Origin: a virus
Virus record (IMG/VR): IMGVR_UViG_3300012920_000022
Span: 32,001 to 96,000 of that record
DNA: 64,000 bases
Reading direction: 5' to 3' (one strand)
Position 1 is the first letter of the stretch. Each line of letters starts with the position of its first letter. Below the pieces are notes generated by a model that was not told the DNA's origin, did no database searches, and was given only the letters and a program-made list of their open reading frames with translations. Positions 28,364-39,341 of the stretch are shown piece after piece. Both the position numbers and the translations under genes were made by a program.

Positions 28364-30418
28364 CTAATTAAAATAATTTTCTACATACCAATTATTGTCA
28401 ATATTTATCATATCCACAAAATGACCAACACTAGTTAAAGATATATTATTACCATCATTGGTAAATATTTTTATTGGTGCACTTGAATTATTTATTATGT
28501 CCACATTACCGGAACCTTTGTGGATTAATCTAATTTTTGATAAATTTTTTATATTATTATAACTTAATGATTCAATGGTAATATTACCATTGAATAATAA
28601 AAATATGTTCCTAATATTAGTGATATCTATTGATCCATTTTGAATCTCTAATATTGGATTTGATTGATGCTCGATTGACTGGCTTAATGTTTCACTAGAT
28701 AATTTTGGTTCATTGAATATGATTCCATCTGATTCACTTAACATATCTATCATACCAGAGTGTATCATTATATAAATCTGTGATATTGTGGATATGTTAT
28801 TGTTGTTTAATTTAACTGATATTGGTGGTGTGTCTGCTGTATTATCATTATTTGTATCAAATGATATATATAGTGGTTTATCTTCAAGGGGCAATGAAAA
28901 ATTTATTTTCATTACCCCATCTGATATGTCATTTGATGAACACAGTATATTTTGTGAGTTACTACTAACATTTCTACTTATCTCATTAGACTCTCTATAT
29001 AAATTTTTCCCAGTGATGTTATTAACTGTACTGTTATTACATTCATATAATGATACATTAGATACATTATATGATGTGGATATAAATGTTTTTAAGATAT
29101 TATGATTTGAATTATTATGTGATATTATATGATCACTATCATCTAATCTAACCATACTATTATTAATTAAATTAGATTCATTGGATTGTCTAATTTCAAC
29201 ATCACTACTAGATAGTATTGAAATATTAAAAGAATTTTTTATAGAAATATCATTAGACTGTTTAATTTCAATATTATTGCTAGATAGTATTGAAATATTG
29301 AAAGAATTTTTTATAGAAATATTATTTAATAAACTGGTATTATCATATGACATCATGTGATCACAATTTAACAATGACATTCTTCTCACATTGTTAAATC
29401 TCACATTATCACAATTTTTTATGATTATCGAACTGTTATTATTGGATGTGCAATTTGTTAATGATATATTAGTAGAATTTTCTATGATTAAGTTATTACA
29501 ATTATGGAATGAATTTCTACCATTACTTATACCGTGATCATCATAACTTGGGTGATTTGAGTTTGGAACCAATATTCTTATATTCTTACAGGTTCCACCA
29601 CTGGGGGAATTATCGAAAGTATAAATTTGTGATTTATTTGATATGAATTCCGGTGAACTTATATCAGAATATGTATTTAATCCCAGTGTGTTATCTAAAC
29701 CTTTTTCAAATTTTACATATCTCCAATCATAATTTGCCGATAGATTTTTTATGGTGCATATTCTATCAGTTATATGTTCTGATGTAATATCTAATGATAT
29801 TAGATCATTAGGATAAGTCAATGAGTTGAACCTATTGATGAATGTGTTATTGGATGTGGCTTTTATCAATAGGCTTTGGTTTATTGAAGATGTTATTACA
29901 CTACCATTTATTGTATATTTTGATTTAAATGATACTATATAGATTTTATTGGCTATTAGACCACTACTATTTATTAATGATTTAAAACCATTTAGATCCA
30001 TTGAGTCCACCTTTATACCATCCATACCAATAATAATTGCACTATTGTCTTTTATAGCTATTGGTAAAATAATATCAGATAACTCATTTACGTTAAATGC
30101 AGATTTATCTGGTTTAACTAAATCATAATAATTTCCATTTATGTTTATTAATATTTGTTTTTTGTCATTTTGATCATTTATTGATATATAGAACTCTTTG
30201 CCTATATCTGGTGTTCCATTTAATTGATATATGTTATGAGTTGCATTTGATGTTTTAGTAGAATCGAATATTGTTTGATTGTTTTGATTTATGAATATTA
30301 TAGATCCATCTGATTTCATTAATTTCAGATTACCATCAGTATCATCTATAAATATAATACCATATCCTGAATTGGGTGTATCTATGGATAATGGATTTTT
30401 AGCTTTTAAGTTTATCAT
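28364..30418 (-). CDS. tail fibre/spike protein with beta-solenoid repeats
   Basis: 8-residue SxNIxIxx coils; 72-nt DNA duplication near 29208-29325. Confidence 0.65.
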   Translation of the reverse strand: MINLKAKNPLSIDTPNSGYGIIFIDDTDGNLKLMKSDGSIIFINQNNQTIFDSTKTSNATHNIYQLNGTPDIGKEFYISINDQNDKKQILININGNYYDLVKPDKSAFNVNELSDIILPIAIKDNSAIIIGMDGIKVDSMDLNGFKSLINSSGLIANKIYIVSFKSKYTINGSVITSSINQSLLIKATSNNTFINRFNSLTYPNDLISLDITSEHITDRICTIKNLSANYDWRYVKFEKGLDNTLGLNTYSDISSPEFISNKSQIYTFDNSPSGGTCKNIRILVPNSNHPSYDDHGISNGRNSFHNCNNLIIENSTNISLTNCTSNNNSSIIIKNCDNVRFNNVRRMSLLNCDHMMSYDNTSLLNNISIKNSFNISILSSNNIEIKQSNDISIKNSFNISILSSSDVEIRQSNESNLINNSMVRLDDSDHIISHNNSNHNILKTFISTSYNVSNVSLYECNNSTVNNITGKNLYRESNEISRNVSSNSQNILCSSNDISDGVMKINFSLPLEDKPLYISFDTNNDNTADTPPISVKLNNNNISTISQIYIMIHSGMIDMLSESDGIIFNEPKLSSETLSQSIEHQSNPILEIQNGSIDITNIRNIFLLFNGNITIESLSYNNIKNLSKIRLIHKGSGNVDIINNSSAPIKIFTNDGNNISLTSVGHFVDMINIDNNWYVENYFN

Positions 30419-30419
30419 G

Positions 30420-31226
30420 CTATAGTATTACTAGTTCACCATCTATATTAAATTCACCATCTATTGTTATAGATTGATGAACTATATATTGATAATCTTC
30501 ATTTACATTTACAATTAGAGTATCAGGTATATAATTTCTAATACCATCAACTCCATCTGCATCAACCAATTCATATTCAGACCCATTGTATCTTAATAGA
30601 TAGTTATTATTAGATAATGGAGTTGGTGGTAGCACTATATCATTTATTAATGATAACGTTATTAATTTAAATAACACATTAGATCCATCAAATGTGAGAA
30701 ATGAATCTGCGGTATTTGCTGGTGCAAAGTTTATCTCACCACTATCGTTTCTGGTTATTGCACCATTAAGATTTATGGCATTATTTATATCTACTTCTGA
30801 TAGTGAATAAAATGAGTAGTCTCTATCATACCATATATTATCATTAACATCATAAACCAGTATTCTATTATCACCAGACAATGGATAGTTAAAATCATCT
30901 ACATCATCCAAATCTTTCAGGTATTGGGCACCTCCTCCACCACTACCGGAGGAATTTATCGGTTTCCACTTTGCCCCATCCCATCCCAATACTTGACCTA
31001 CGGTTGGTGCATCCGCGTTTTCAGTAGACACATCTGAATGTAAATTTATTGAACCTAATCCTTGGTTTATTGAATCCAATATTGCATCAAATGTACATTC
31101 ATATGATTCCAATACAGGTATCAAATTCTTAAAATTTTCATTTATGGTAAGTCTCATCTTGGAATTACTGGAATTGCTACCAATTTCAGATATCTTACCA
31201 TTTATTTTTATTAATGATATTGGCAT
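30420..31226 (-). CDS. tail fibre-like protein
   Basis: INENF, LHSDV / LKDLDDV repeats, GQVLGWDGAKWKP; TATAAATA upstream. Confidence 0.7.
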   Translation of the reverse strand: MPISLIKINGKISEIGSNSSNSKMRLTINENFKNLIPVLESYECTFDAILDSINQGLGSINLHSDVSTENADAPTVGQVLGWDGAKWKPINSSGSGGGGAQYLKDLDDVDDFNYPLSGDNRILVYDVNDNIWYDRDYSFYSLSEVDINNAINLNGAITRNDSGEINFAPANTADSFLTFDGSNVLFKLITLSLINDIVLPPTPLSNNNYLLRYNGSEYELVDADGVDGIRNYIPDTLIVNVNEDYQYIVHQSITIDGEFNIDGELVIL

Positions 31227-31260
31227 GTATTATTTATTTATAACATTAATTCTGTTGTGT

Positions 31261-31318
31261 TATATGACAATCTGTCATATAATATCCATTGGTACGATTT
31301 TTGTAATATTTTATGTAA
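31261..31318 (+). promoter_or_regulatory. composite promoter copy 2
   Basis: TATATGACA-ATC-TGTCATATA then TGGTACGATTTTTGTAATATTTTATGTAA. Confidence 0.8.
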
Positions 31319-31333
31319 AAAACCATTATCGTA

Positions 31334-32125
31334 ATGAATAACATTATAAAGTTGCTACGCAGTGGCATAGATTGTAATATAAAATTGGCATTTACTTTTG
31401 CATCATCATTGAAGTATAATACTGATGTATCTGTGGAATTAAGAAAATTTCCATTATATTGTTTGGAATATGGTGTGGAAATGGGTTACATGATGGAGTT
31501 AAAAAGTTTATGGTTAGATGAATTAAGTTTAACTGAGTTACCAGAATCAATTGGTAATCTGAAAAAATTAACTAGATTGCATGTTAGTTATAACCACTTA
31601 ACTAAATTACCAGAATCAGTTGGTAATTTGAAAAATTTGGAATGGCTATATGTTAATAATAACCACTTAACTAAATTACCAGAATCAGTTGGTAATTTAG
31701 AATCGCTAACTAGATTGTATATTAATGGTAACCACTTAACTAAATTGCCAGAATCAGTTGGTAATTTGAAAAATTTGGAATGGCTATATGTTGGTTATAA
31801 TGATTTAAACGAATTACCAGAATCAATAGGCAATTTAAAAAATTTGGAATTATTATATGTTAGTCATAACCGATTAACTAAATTGCCAGAATCAGTTGGT
31901 AATTTGAAAAAACTAGTTGAATTGTATGTTAGTCATAACCGATTAACTAAATTGCCAGAATCAGTTGGTAATTTGAAAAAACTAGTTGAATTGTATGTCA
32001 ATGATAACCGATTAACTAAATTGCCAGAATCAGTTGGTAATTTGGAATCATTAATTGAATTATGTTTTAGCTATAACAATATAAATGATTTACCTGATTC
32101 GATAATCAAATTGGTTAGTAGTTAA
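31334..32125 (+). CDS. LRR protein (family member 2)
   Basis: Cap NIKLAF..LRKFPLYCLEYGVEM; 23-aa LTKLPESVGNLKNL repeats; near-identical 69-nt DNA units. Confidence 0.95.
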   Translation: MNNIIKLLRSGIDCNIKLAFTFASSLKYNTDVSVELRKFPLYCLEYGVEMGYMMELKSLWLDELSLTELPESIGNLKKLTRLHVSYNHLTKLPESVGNLKNLEWLYVNNNHLTKLPESVGNLESLTRLYINGNHLTKLPESVGNLKNLEWLYVGYNDLNELPESIGNLKNLELLYVSHNRLTKLPESVGNLKKLVELYVSHNRLTKLPESVGNLKKLVELYVNDNRLTKLPESVGNLESLIELCFSYNNINDLPDSIIKLVSS

Positions 32126-32212
32126 TTCTAGTAGATGATTTATATTTCTATAGCTAAATTAACTAACCACCATAAGTTAAGTATACTATAGAAAATAAAA
32201 AATAGCATAATC

Positions 32213-32482
32213 ATGGGTGTAAAATCTTGCCATAGAAATAATTGTATTAGTATAATGTGTGATACATACATAAGTGATGGTGATGTAGGATATGTGTGTA
32301 CCGATTGTAAACAAGAGTTTAAAGATTACATGAAAAACATTACCAATAAATTTGATAGCTCATTTGGTGAAATATTAGGTGAACTAAAAAAATTTATGGA
32401 AACTCCTGCTGGTACCTATGCTGCTGGAGAACCCATGGATGTTGATCGTTTTTTTGAAAATTTTGAAGACCATGAAAATTAA
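32213..32482 (+). CDS. small Cys-rich (putative Zn-binding) protein
   Basis: CHRNNC...MCD and VCTDC motifs. Confidence 0.65.
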   Translation: MGVKSCHRNNCISIMCDTYISDGDVGYVCTDCKQEFKDYMKNITNKFDSSFGEILGELKKFMETPAGTYAAGEPMDVDRFFENFEDHEN

Positions 32483-33761
32483 CAATATGGAGCTATATTT
32501 CAATGATTATTATAAAGACACAATTAATAAAATAGAAAACACTAATATAAACATGGTTATATTGGGTTATGCGGGTTCTGGAAAATCAACCCTGTTAAAC
32601 TATATTGTTAATAGATCAGCAAAATCTTATATTGTAGTTGCTCCCACTGGGGTTGCTGCTGTAAATGTTGATGGGGTCACCATGCACAGCCTATTTAAAT
32701 TCCCATTATCAGTTATATTAGCTAGTGGTGTCAAAGATTTAAAGGGTACTTCATCCGAAGAAGCCCTATTAAATTGTGATACTATAATCATAGATGAAAT
32801 TGGTATGGTAAGAGCAGATCTATTGGATGGTGTTGACATATCACTAAGAAAATTAACTAAAAATGACTCCCCATTTGGTGGTAAACAATTAGTAGCATTT
32901 GGTGATGTTAGTCAACTACCACCAGTTGTAACTGATGAAGAATCTGACATCATGGATATGATGTATAATAGCCCATATTTTTTTGATTCTAATTGTGCTT
33001 GGAATTATAAGTTTTCTTATAAATTGTTAAAACATAATTATAGACAATCCGATGATAAACTCTTTATGGAAATACTTAATAGGATGAGAACAGGTAAAAC
33101 CACTCATGAAGACATTATAACAATTAATGATAATTGTTATAAGTCAGTGGATATTGATGATAAGTTTATACCATATTTATGTTCTACCAACAGGCTTGCT
33201 AATTCTATAAATGATAAAAAATTATCAGAAGTTGACCAGCCTTGCTTTGTATATGAAGCATATATCGAAGGTAATTTCAATCCCAAGAGTTCACCAGCAC
33301 CTGAAATACTCATATTAAAAAAAGGTGCCAAAGTTATGCTACTCAATAATACTAGTAGTTGGTCCAATGGTACAATGGGTGTTATAAGCCATTTAGATTC
33401 AGATACCATATTTGTAGAAACTAATGATGGGGAATATGAAATTGGCAAATCTGAATGGAGTACCAGAAGCTATAGTTATGGTAGTGGTAGAGTATTTACT
33501 AGTATAGAAGGAACTATGAAACAATATCCCATAAAGTTGGCATATGCAAACACCATCCATAAATGTCAGGGTAAACAATTTGATAACATAATTTTGGATT
33601 TATCAAGTAGGTTATTTACACATGGTCATTTGTATGTTGCTCTATCCAGATGCACTACTATGAATGGTGTTTACTTAACTAGACCCATAAAGAAATCTGA
33701 TATAACTGTTGATAAAGTTATCATTAATTTTATGAAGGACGTATATAAAGGTAATATATAA
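32472..33761 (+). CDS. PIF1/RecD-like SF1B helicase
   Basis: GYAGSGKS, APTGVAA, IIDEIGM, PFGGKQL..FGD..QLPPV, QYPIKLAYANTIHKCQG, YVALSR; likely start MKINN at 32472. Confidence 0.92.
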   Translation: MKINNMELYFNDYYKDTINKIENTNINMVILGYAGSGKSTLLNYIVNRSAKSYIVVAPTGVAAVNVDGVTMHSLFKFPLSVILASGVKDLKGTSSEEALLNCDTIIIDEIGMVRADLLDGVDISLRKLTKNDSPFGGKQLVAFGDVSQLPPVVTDEESDIMDMMYNSPYFFDSNCAWNYKFSYKLLKHNYRQSDDKLFMEILNRMRTGKTTHEDIITINDNCYKSVDIDDKFIPYLCSTNRLANSINDKKLSEVDQPCFVYEAYIEGNFNPKSSPAPEILILKKGAKVMLLNNTSSWSNGTMGVISHLDSDTIFVETNDGEYEIGKSEWSTRSYSYGSGRVFTSIEGTMKQYPIKLAYANTIHKCQGKQFDNIILDLSSRLFTHGHLYVALSRCTTMNGVYLTRPIKKSDITVDKVIINFMKDVYKGNI

Positions 33762-33771
33762 AATAAAAAAC

Positions 33772-34209
33772 ATGTCAAAAATCGTAGTCAAAGAAGACAC
33801 TAATGAAGTTATTATAGATGGTGAATCCCATATTGTATCTCCCCTACCGTTTAAGTTGTTGGTGTTTTTTGTCAATAACAATGGTAAAACAATTTCCAGG
33901 AGTACAATTATAGATAACATATGGGATAATGGTGCTGTAACTAATAGATCCGTTGATGTAGCAGTGGGGAAACTACGAAAAATACATGAATCTATCAATG
34001 AATCTATCAAAACTGTTGTTAATAGAGGATATAATTTTTCTAATAACAGTATTACCATATTGAATCAAAAAAACGTTAAATCAAAAAAAATCAGATTCGA
34101 GAAGATTGCTGAATCTGAAAATGGTGATAAATACGCTGTTTATTATTCTGGTGATGTATTTATGGTTATGCCATTATTAGAATATGAAGGGAAGTATGGA
34201 AGTATGTGA
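33772..34209 (+). CDS. stand-alone OmpR/PhoB-type winged-helix DNA-binding protein
   Basis: FKLLVFF...GKTISRSTIIDNIW...NRSVDVAVGKLRK..IKTVVNRGY; no receiver domain. Confidence 0.85.
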   Translation: MSKIVVKEDTNEVIIDGESHIVSPLPFKLLVFFVNNNGKTISRSTIIDNIWDNGAVTNRSVDVAVGKLRKIHESINESIKTVVNRGYNFSNNSITILNQKNVKSKKIRFEKIAESENGDKYAVYYSGDVFMVMPLLEYEGKYGSM

Positions 34210-34254
34210 TTAGTGTGGGTGTGAAATATAATTTGGTATTTGATGTGGCTGTTA

Positions 34255-34935
34255 CTATTGGTGATAGCCACATTCGTGTTTTATTGTAGAATTTCCTATT
34301 AACATTTTAGGAAAATCCACCGGATTACATGTAACATCTAGTCTTCTGAGTTTTTCTAATTTTATTATAAATTTTGGTAATTCTATAATAAAATTACCAC
34401 TAGCATCTAATTCACATAAATTTTCTAGTTTACCCATTGATTCTGGTAATTCTGTAATAAAATTATCGTTGACATTTAATCCATGGAGATTAGTTAGATC
34501 ACCTATTGATTCTGGTAATATGGTAATATGGTTTTGTGAAACATATAACCATTCCAGATTTTTCAAATTACCAATTGATTCTGGTAATTTATTGATCTTA
34601 TTATCATATAAATTTAATATCTGTAAATTCTTTAGATCGCCAATTGATTCAGGTAATTCAGTTATAGTATTTCCACACACCCTGAAATATTTTAGATTAA
34701 TTAGATCACCTATTGATTCAGGTAAATATGTAATCGTGTTATTCTCTATGAAAATAGATTCAAGATTAATTATGTGATCCATTTCTACACCATATTCCAA
34801 ACAATACATTGGATATTTTCTAAGACTTTTAGCAATAAGACTATCATATGATATTGAGGTAGCCAAAGTAAATGCTAATTTAATGTTAGTTTCATTACCA
34901 CTATTCAATAATCTCAATATATTATCATTTTCCAT
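34255..34935 (-). CDS. LRR protein (family member 3)
   Basis: Cap NIKLAF..LRKYPMYCLEYGVEM; LPESIGDL repeats. Confidence 0.95.
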   Translation of the reverse strand: MENDNILRLLNSGNETNIKLAFTLATSISYDSLIAKSLRKYPMYCLEYGVEMDHIINLESIFIENNTITYLPESIGDLINLKYFRVCGNTITELPESIGDLKNLQILNLYDNKINKLPESIGNLKNLEWLYVSQNHITILPESIGDLTNLHGLNVNDNFITELPESMGKLENLCELDASGNFIIELPKFIIKLEKLRRLDVTCNPVDFPKMLIGNSTIKHECGYHQ

Positions 34936-34946
34936 GTTTAATGAAT

Positions 34947-36059
34947 TTATCTTGGGGAATTGTTTTTCATATCTAATATATCCAAATTTGGTAATTTATT
35001 AATTGATTCTGGTAATTTAGATAACCGATTTCCATTGAGATATAATCGTTCTAATTTAACCATATTGCCCATCATATCCGGTAGTTTTTCCAATAAATTA
35101 TAACTTAATCTAAATTCTTCCAATTTAATCATGTTATCTATAGAGTTTGGCAGTTTTTCTAACGAATTATTGGTAAAATCTAATGTTTTTAAATTTGTTA
35201 GATTACCAATTGAATCTGGTAATGATATTAACGAATTACACGAAACCCCCAATATTTGTAATCTTTTCAATTTACAAATAGATTTGGGTAATTTAATTAA
35301 TTCGTTATTACCTAGAAATAAATTAATTAAATTACCCAAATCACCTATTGAATCTGGTAATTTACTAATTATGTTATTGTATAATCCCAACCAATATAAA
35401 CTTTTCAATTTGCCAATATATATGGGGATACTTGTCAAATAATTATAATTCAAATTTAATTTTTTTAAATTTGATAATCCACATATTGGTTCTGGGAATT
35501 TACTAATTTCATTTGATTCTAGGTTTAATGTCTTTAACTTCTTTAATTTCTTCAATGATTCCGGTATTTCTGATATGCAATTATCATTGGCAATTATATG
35601 GTTTATGTCATTGAGTTCACATATTGATTCTGGAAATTCCGTGAATTTATTACATCCGATATTTAGTTTTGCTAATTTTGCTAGTTTCTTCAATGATTCT
35701 GGTATTTCTGATATGGAATTATCATTTATGATTAGTATTTTTAGATTACTGAGTTTACATATTGATTCTGGAAATTCCGTGAATTTATTATAACTTATAT
35801 CTAATTTCGTTAAATTCTGTAATTTCTCTATGGATTTTGGTAGTATGATGAGTTTATTTTTTGATAATACCAGACTTTTTAAATTCATCATATAATCCAT
35901 TTCCACATCATATTCCAAACAATATAGTGGAAATTCTCTTAGTTTTTGGGCAACATCATTACCATATGGTAATGATGTTGCCATGATGAATGCTAATTTG
36001 ACATTAGCGATATCATCAGTGTCTAATAATTGTAAAATGTTGTTTATCATTTTTATCAT
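34947..36059 (-). CDS. LRR protein (family member 4)
   Basis: Cap NVKLAF..LREFPLYCLEYDVEM; about 13 repeats with a duplicated two-repeat block. Confidence 0.95.
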   Translation of the reverse strand: MIKMINNILQLLDTDDIANVKLAFIMATSLPYGNDVAQKLREFPLYCLEYDVEMDYMMNLKSLVLSKNKLIILPKSIEKLQNLTKLDISYNKFTEFPESICKLSNLKILIINDNSISEIPESLKKLAKLAKLNIGCNKFTEFPESICELNDINHIIANDNCISEIPESLKKLKKLKTLNLESNEISKFPEPICGLSNLKKLNLNYNYLTSIPIYIGKLKSLYWLGLYNNIISKLPDSIGDLGNLINLFLGNNELIKLPKSICKLKRLQILGVSCNSLISLPDSIGNLTNLKTLDFTNNSLEKLPNSIDNMIKLEEFRLSYNLLEKLPDMMGNMVKLERLYLNGNRLSKLPESINKLPNLDILDMKNNSPR

Positions 36060-36081
36060 ATTATTGGTGTGATACCGAAAA

Positions 36082-36633
36082 TTATTGAGATAACAAACGA
36101 TTTACCCAAAAATGGTGATTTAAATTAGCATCTGGTTTCGGAAGTAATTCATGAGCACCTCTTTCGCATATTCTGTCCATTTTCCAATCTGGTATTTGTT
36201 TTCTATTAGCCAAATCATACTCTGCCAATGCTCTATAAGTTTCATGGATGCTTGATAATAACGTGCTATACCAATCATCTTTAATGACAACATCGATGTT
36301 GTCATTACATAATAGTTTGCTAGGTAAACTAACTTTATATGAACTATTATGGTTTATGGTTATTAATGTCCAAATATCATTACCGTATTTGGTTTTATCA
36401 CTTGCTATTACTATTATTAATCCATCAGATTTTCTTTTGACGAAAAAACACATATTTATATTTTGTACACAATTTATGCTGATACCATGATAAGTGTGTG
36501 TGGATCTAATATATCTTTTATCCATCAACTTATTAAATAATGATGGTTTCATGGGTTTGAATATACCCATATTATTTTTGTGTTTTTTGTAATATTTTTT
36601 GCTTCTGCTATAATCTAAAAAATTGCTATACAT
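36082..36633 (-). CDS. hypothetical protein
   Basis: 183 aa; first gene after promoter copy 3. Confidence 0.7.
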   Translation of the reverse strand: MYSNFLDYSRSKKYYKKHKNNMGIFKPMKPSLFNKLMDKRYIRSTHTYHGISINCVQNINMCFFVKRKSDGLIIVIASDKTKYGNDIWTLITINHNSSYKVSLPSKLLCNDNIDVVIKDDWYSTLLSSIHETYRALAEYDLANRKQIPDWKMDRICERGAHELLPKPDANLNHHFWVNRLLSQ

Positions 36634-36660
36634 AATTTTTAATTTATATTAATGAAGTGT

Positions 36661-36714
36661 TTACATAAAATATCACAAAACTATGCCATTGTATTAATAA
36701 TGACAAGGTGTCAT
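36661..36714 (-). promoter_or_regulatory. composite promoter copy 3 (one base short between GG and GT)
   Basis: Minus strand ATGACA-CCT-TGTCAT then TGGCATAGTTTTGTGATATTTTATGTAA. Confidence 0.65.
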
Positions 36715-36728
36715 ATAATAAATAAAGA

Positions 36729-39341
36729 ATGAAGATAACAAGTGGATTATTGTTTTTTGATAAGCATGGTAACCCCATATCATTCAATAGTGTGGATGGT
36801 AAATTAATAACTAATCTATATTTACCTAAAACTTCCCAATATATTTGGTATGAAAATACCATATTTATAGCTGAAAAATATATCACCAGTGGTGGTGATA
36901 TATGGTATGGTTATCCAACATCAGTTAATAACAATGATATTGTTGCCACCACTGAAGATCCATTTTTTCTAATAGATCCAGATATATTACTTGATGAATC
37001 ACCCCAATTATCAATAAGCAATACAATTACTTATGAAATGGATGATGGTAGTTCATTGTCATATTCCACTATTAATGGCTGTTATATAAACGATGATGTT
37101 AACAGTAGAATACTTAGAATTGATTACTGTTTTCAAAATATATCTGATGATAATATTATTACTTCCGTAATTAATATATCAGATTCCGATATATTAATAG
37201 AAATAAATTTGTATATAGAGACGGAATTTGAGGATGAAAGATACGTTAATATGTTATCTAATTTTGGTATGGAACTCAATAGTGATTTGGCTTTCATATT
37301 TAGAAATTCTGATGTTAATGAAGATTTACCAGATAATATATTGTTGAACATTAAGCGTAAAGAGTTATTTTTAGAACATAACAATATAAAACCATATAGA
37401 AGTTTATCTAAGGCTTTATTCAATTATCTTAAATTTTTTGGTTACTATGATATTGTAGTCAAATCCATATATGAAAATCTAAATTCCTCCAAACAATATT
37501 ATGTTTTAATGGATCAGGGATATGAAGATATGGATAGGAATATAAAAAATATAAGGTATCCTAATGTTCATACGGGGTTCATATCGCTTTTTTATGATAT
37601 AATTAGAGAATCCGGAGAATATGATGATTTTTCTATACCCATAACAGAAAAAGCGTTCATGTTTAGCGATCAAGAAATATCTGTAAAATTAAATGGATTA
37701 AAGAATTTATTTGATAATCAAAACATATTGGGAGATACCAATATTAGGGACATAACAGGTGAATTGGTTTATTTTAATAGGTATGATTTAAATACCTGGA
37801 GTAATGATACTAATTCCATAGTTATCAATAATGGTGTCACCGCAAAAATACTGATACCTGATAATATAATATACATTCAAGATGTAAGACATTTATTTGA
37901 TAATATTAATTGTCAATTAGACCCTAATATAACTGCCGAAAATAGCCCAAATATTATCATTGGTGAACATAATACCTGCTGGGTGGGTTATTTTGATTAT
38001 TATAATGAAGAATTTCCAATATACGAGAATGAACCAAATGCATTGGTGGGTGCTATATTAGATGTTACCAATGATAGCTTTAATGATACTTGGGATGATA
38101 TATCGACTACATGGGATGATACTGCGTTATCATCAATATTCATAAATTGGAATAATATAGGTCATAGTTATTATTATTGGATTAAATGGACTATTAGTGG
38201 TAATGGTTTCCAGGATACTATTGAAGGTTCCATAGAAAATTATAATTCTGCTAGATTCATATTACCACTAAAGGGAAAATACGATGTGGAATTTATAATT
38301 TATGGGTATAACAATGAACTCATTATAGGTGGGGTTTATCAGCAAATAATTGTTGATTGTTATGAAGCAGAAGTCACATCTATGTTTAGGATATATGATT
38401 ATCCATTAAATATATGGCGTAGTAATTATCTTAGTTGGGATACACTAGAGAATGAATGGTCTAATCCAATATATGATAATGATAAATATATAGCCTCCCA
38501 AATAGATAACCCAATATCAGATTATAATATTTCTAACTATTTACAAATAGACACCAATGATCCACTTGTTGGTATTAATAATTTTTTAGGATGGGATGAT
38601 GTTAATGATATATCTTGGAACGATTGTTTATTTATTACATGGGACATGTTAACCTATCATATAAATAAGTTGCCATCGTTTAAAATTAATAGCGTATCTA
38701 ATGGTAGTAATTTACAGATAGGTGAAAGTGTTTATGTAACATCAGATTATAATATAGAGGAATTTAAAAAATTATCAGATGATTTAAAATTATCAGATGA
38801 TGAGGATTTTTTAAGATATGATTATACTGCAAGACCTATTTCAAGACCTACATACATAGATGTGGTTGGTAGTAATTATGGTGTTGATGCAGCTAAATAC
38901 ATAGGATCTAATAAATTAGAACTATCTGGACAACATTTACCATCATGGGAGGATATGGATGATAACTGGGAGGATATTCCTATACATTGGCAAAATATGG
39001 TGTATTTTGTTAAAACCACGGAGTATGACAATCCATTGAGTTCAGATGGTACTTTCCTAAATTATGATGGGGTTATACTACCACCCATGGTTATGGTTTA
39101 TTTTACACCATATAAATCAAAAATTCCTGGCATAACTTCTTGTTCGTGGAGGTTGATTTTAGATGATAATAATGTTGCATGGATTGATAATATATATTTC
39201 TCTTATTTTTTTGTTGGCGTTGGTAACTATGATGTGGAACTCATTATAGAAGATTCAAATGGTAATATTTCATTCAGCTTGTATAAAAATTTTATAAATA
39301 TAATACCTGCGCATGAGTATTCAAACCCCGAAAACAGATAG
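36729..39341 (+). CDS. large virion structural protein with Trp/Asp repeats and PKD-like segments
   Basis: 870 aa; TWDDISTTWDD-type repeats; GKYDVEF and GNYDVELIIEDSNGN; ATAAATAA upstream. Confidence 0.65.
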   Translation: MKITSGLLFFDKHGNPISFNSVDGKLITNLYLPKTSQYIWYENTIFIAEKYITSGGDIWYGYPTSVNNNDIVATTEDPFFLIDPDILLDESPQLSISNTITYEMDDGSSLSYSTINGCYINDDVNSRILRIDYCFQNISDDNIITSVINISDSDILIEINLYIETEFEDERYVNMLSNFGMELNSDLAFIFRNSDVNEDLPDNILLNIKRKELFLEHNNIKPYRSLSKALFNYLKFFGYYDIVVKSIYENLNSSKQYYVLMDQGYEDMDRNIKNIRYPNVHTGFISLFYDIIRESGEYDDFSIPITEKAFMFSDQEISVKLNGLKNLFDNQNILGDTNIRDITGELVYFNRYDLNTWSNDTNSIVINNGVTAKILIPDNIIYIQDVRHLFDNINCQLDPNITAENSPNIIIGEHNTCWVGYFDYYNEEFPIYENEPNALVGAILDVTNDSFNDTWDDISTTWDDTALSSIFINWNNIGHSYYYWIKWTISGNGFQDTIEGSIENYNSARFILPLKGKYDVEFIIYGYNNELIIGGVYQQIIVDCYEAEVTSMFRIYDYPLNIWRSNYLSWDTLENEWSNPIYDNDKYIASQIDNPISDYNISNYLQIDTNDPLVGINNFLGWDDVNDISWNDCLFITWDMLTYHINKLPSFKINSVSNGSNLQIGESVYVTSDYNIEEFKKLSDDLKLSDDEDFLRYDYTARPISRPTYIDVVGSNYGVDAAKYIGSNKLELSGQHLPSWEDMDDNWEDIPIHWQNMVYFVKTTEYDNPLSSDGTFLNYDGVILPPMVMVYFTPYKSKIPGITSCSWRLILDDNNVAWIDNIYFSYFFVGVGNYDVELIIEDSNGNISFSLYKNFINIIPAHEYSNPENR

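Noticed and set aside
31480-32100. CRISPR array or DGR template/variable repeat pair
   Set aside because: The 69-nt units are in-frame LRR coding repeats without unique spacers; no adenine-specific mismatch pattern noticed and no cas or reverse transcriptase gene in the window
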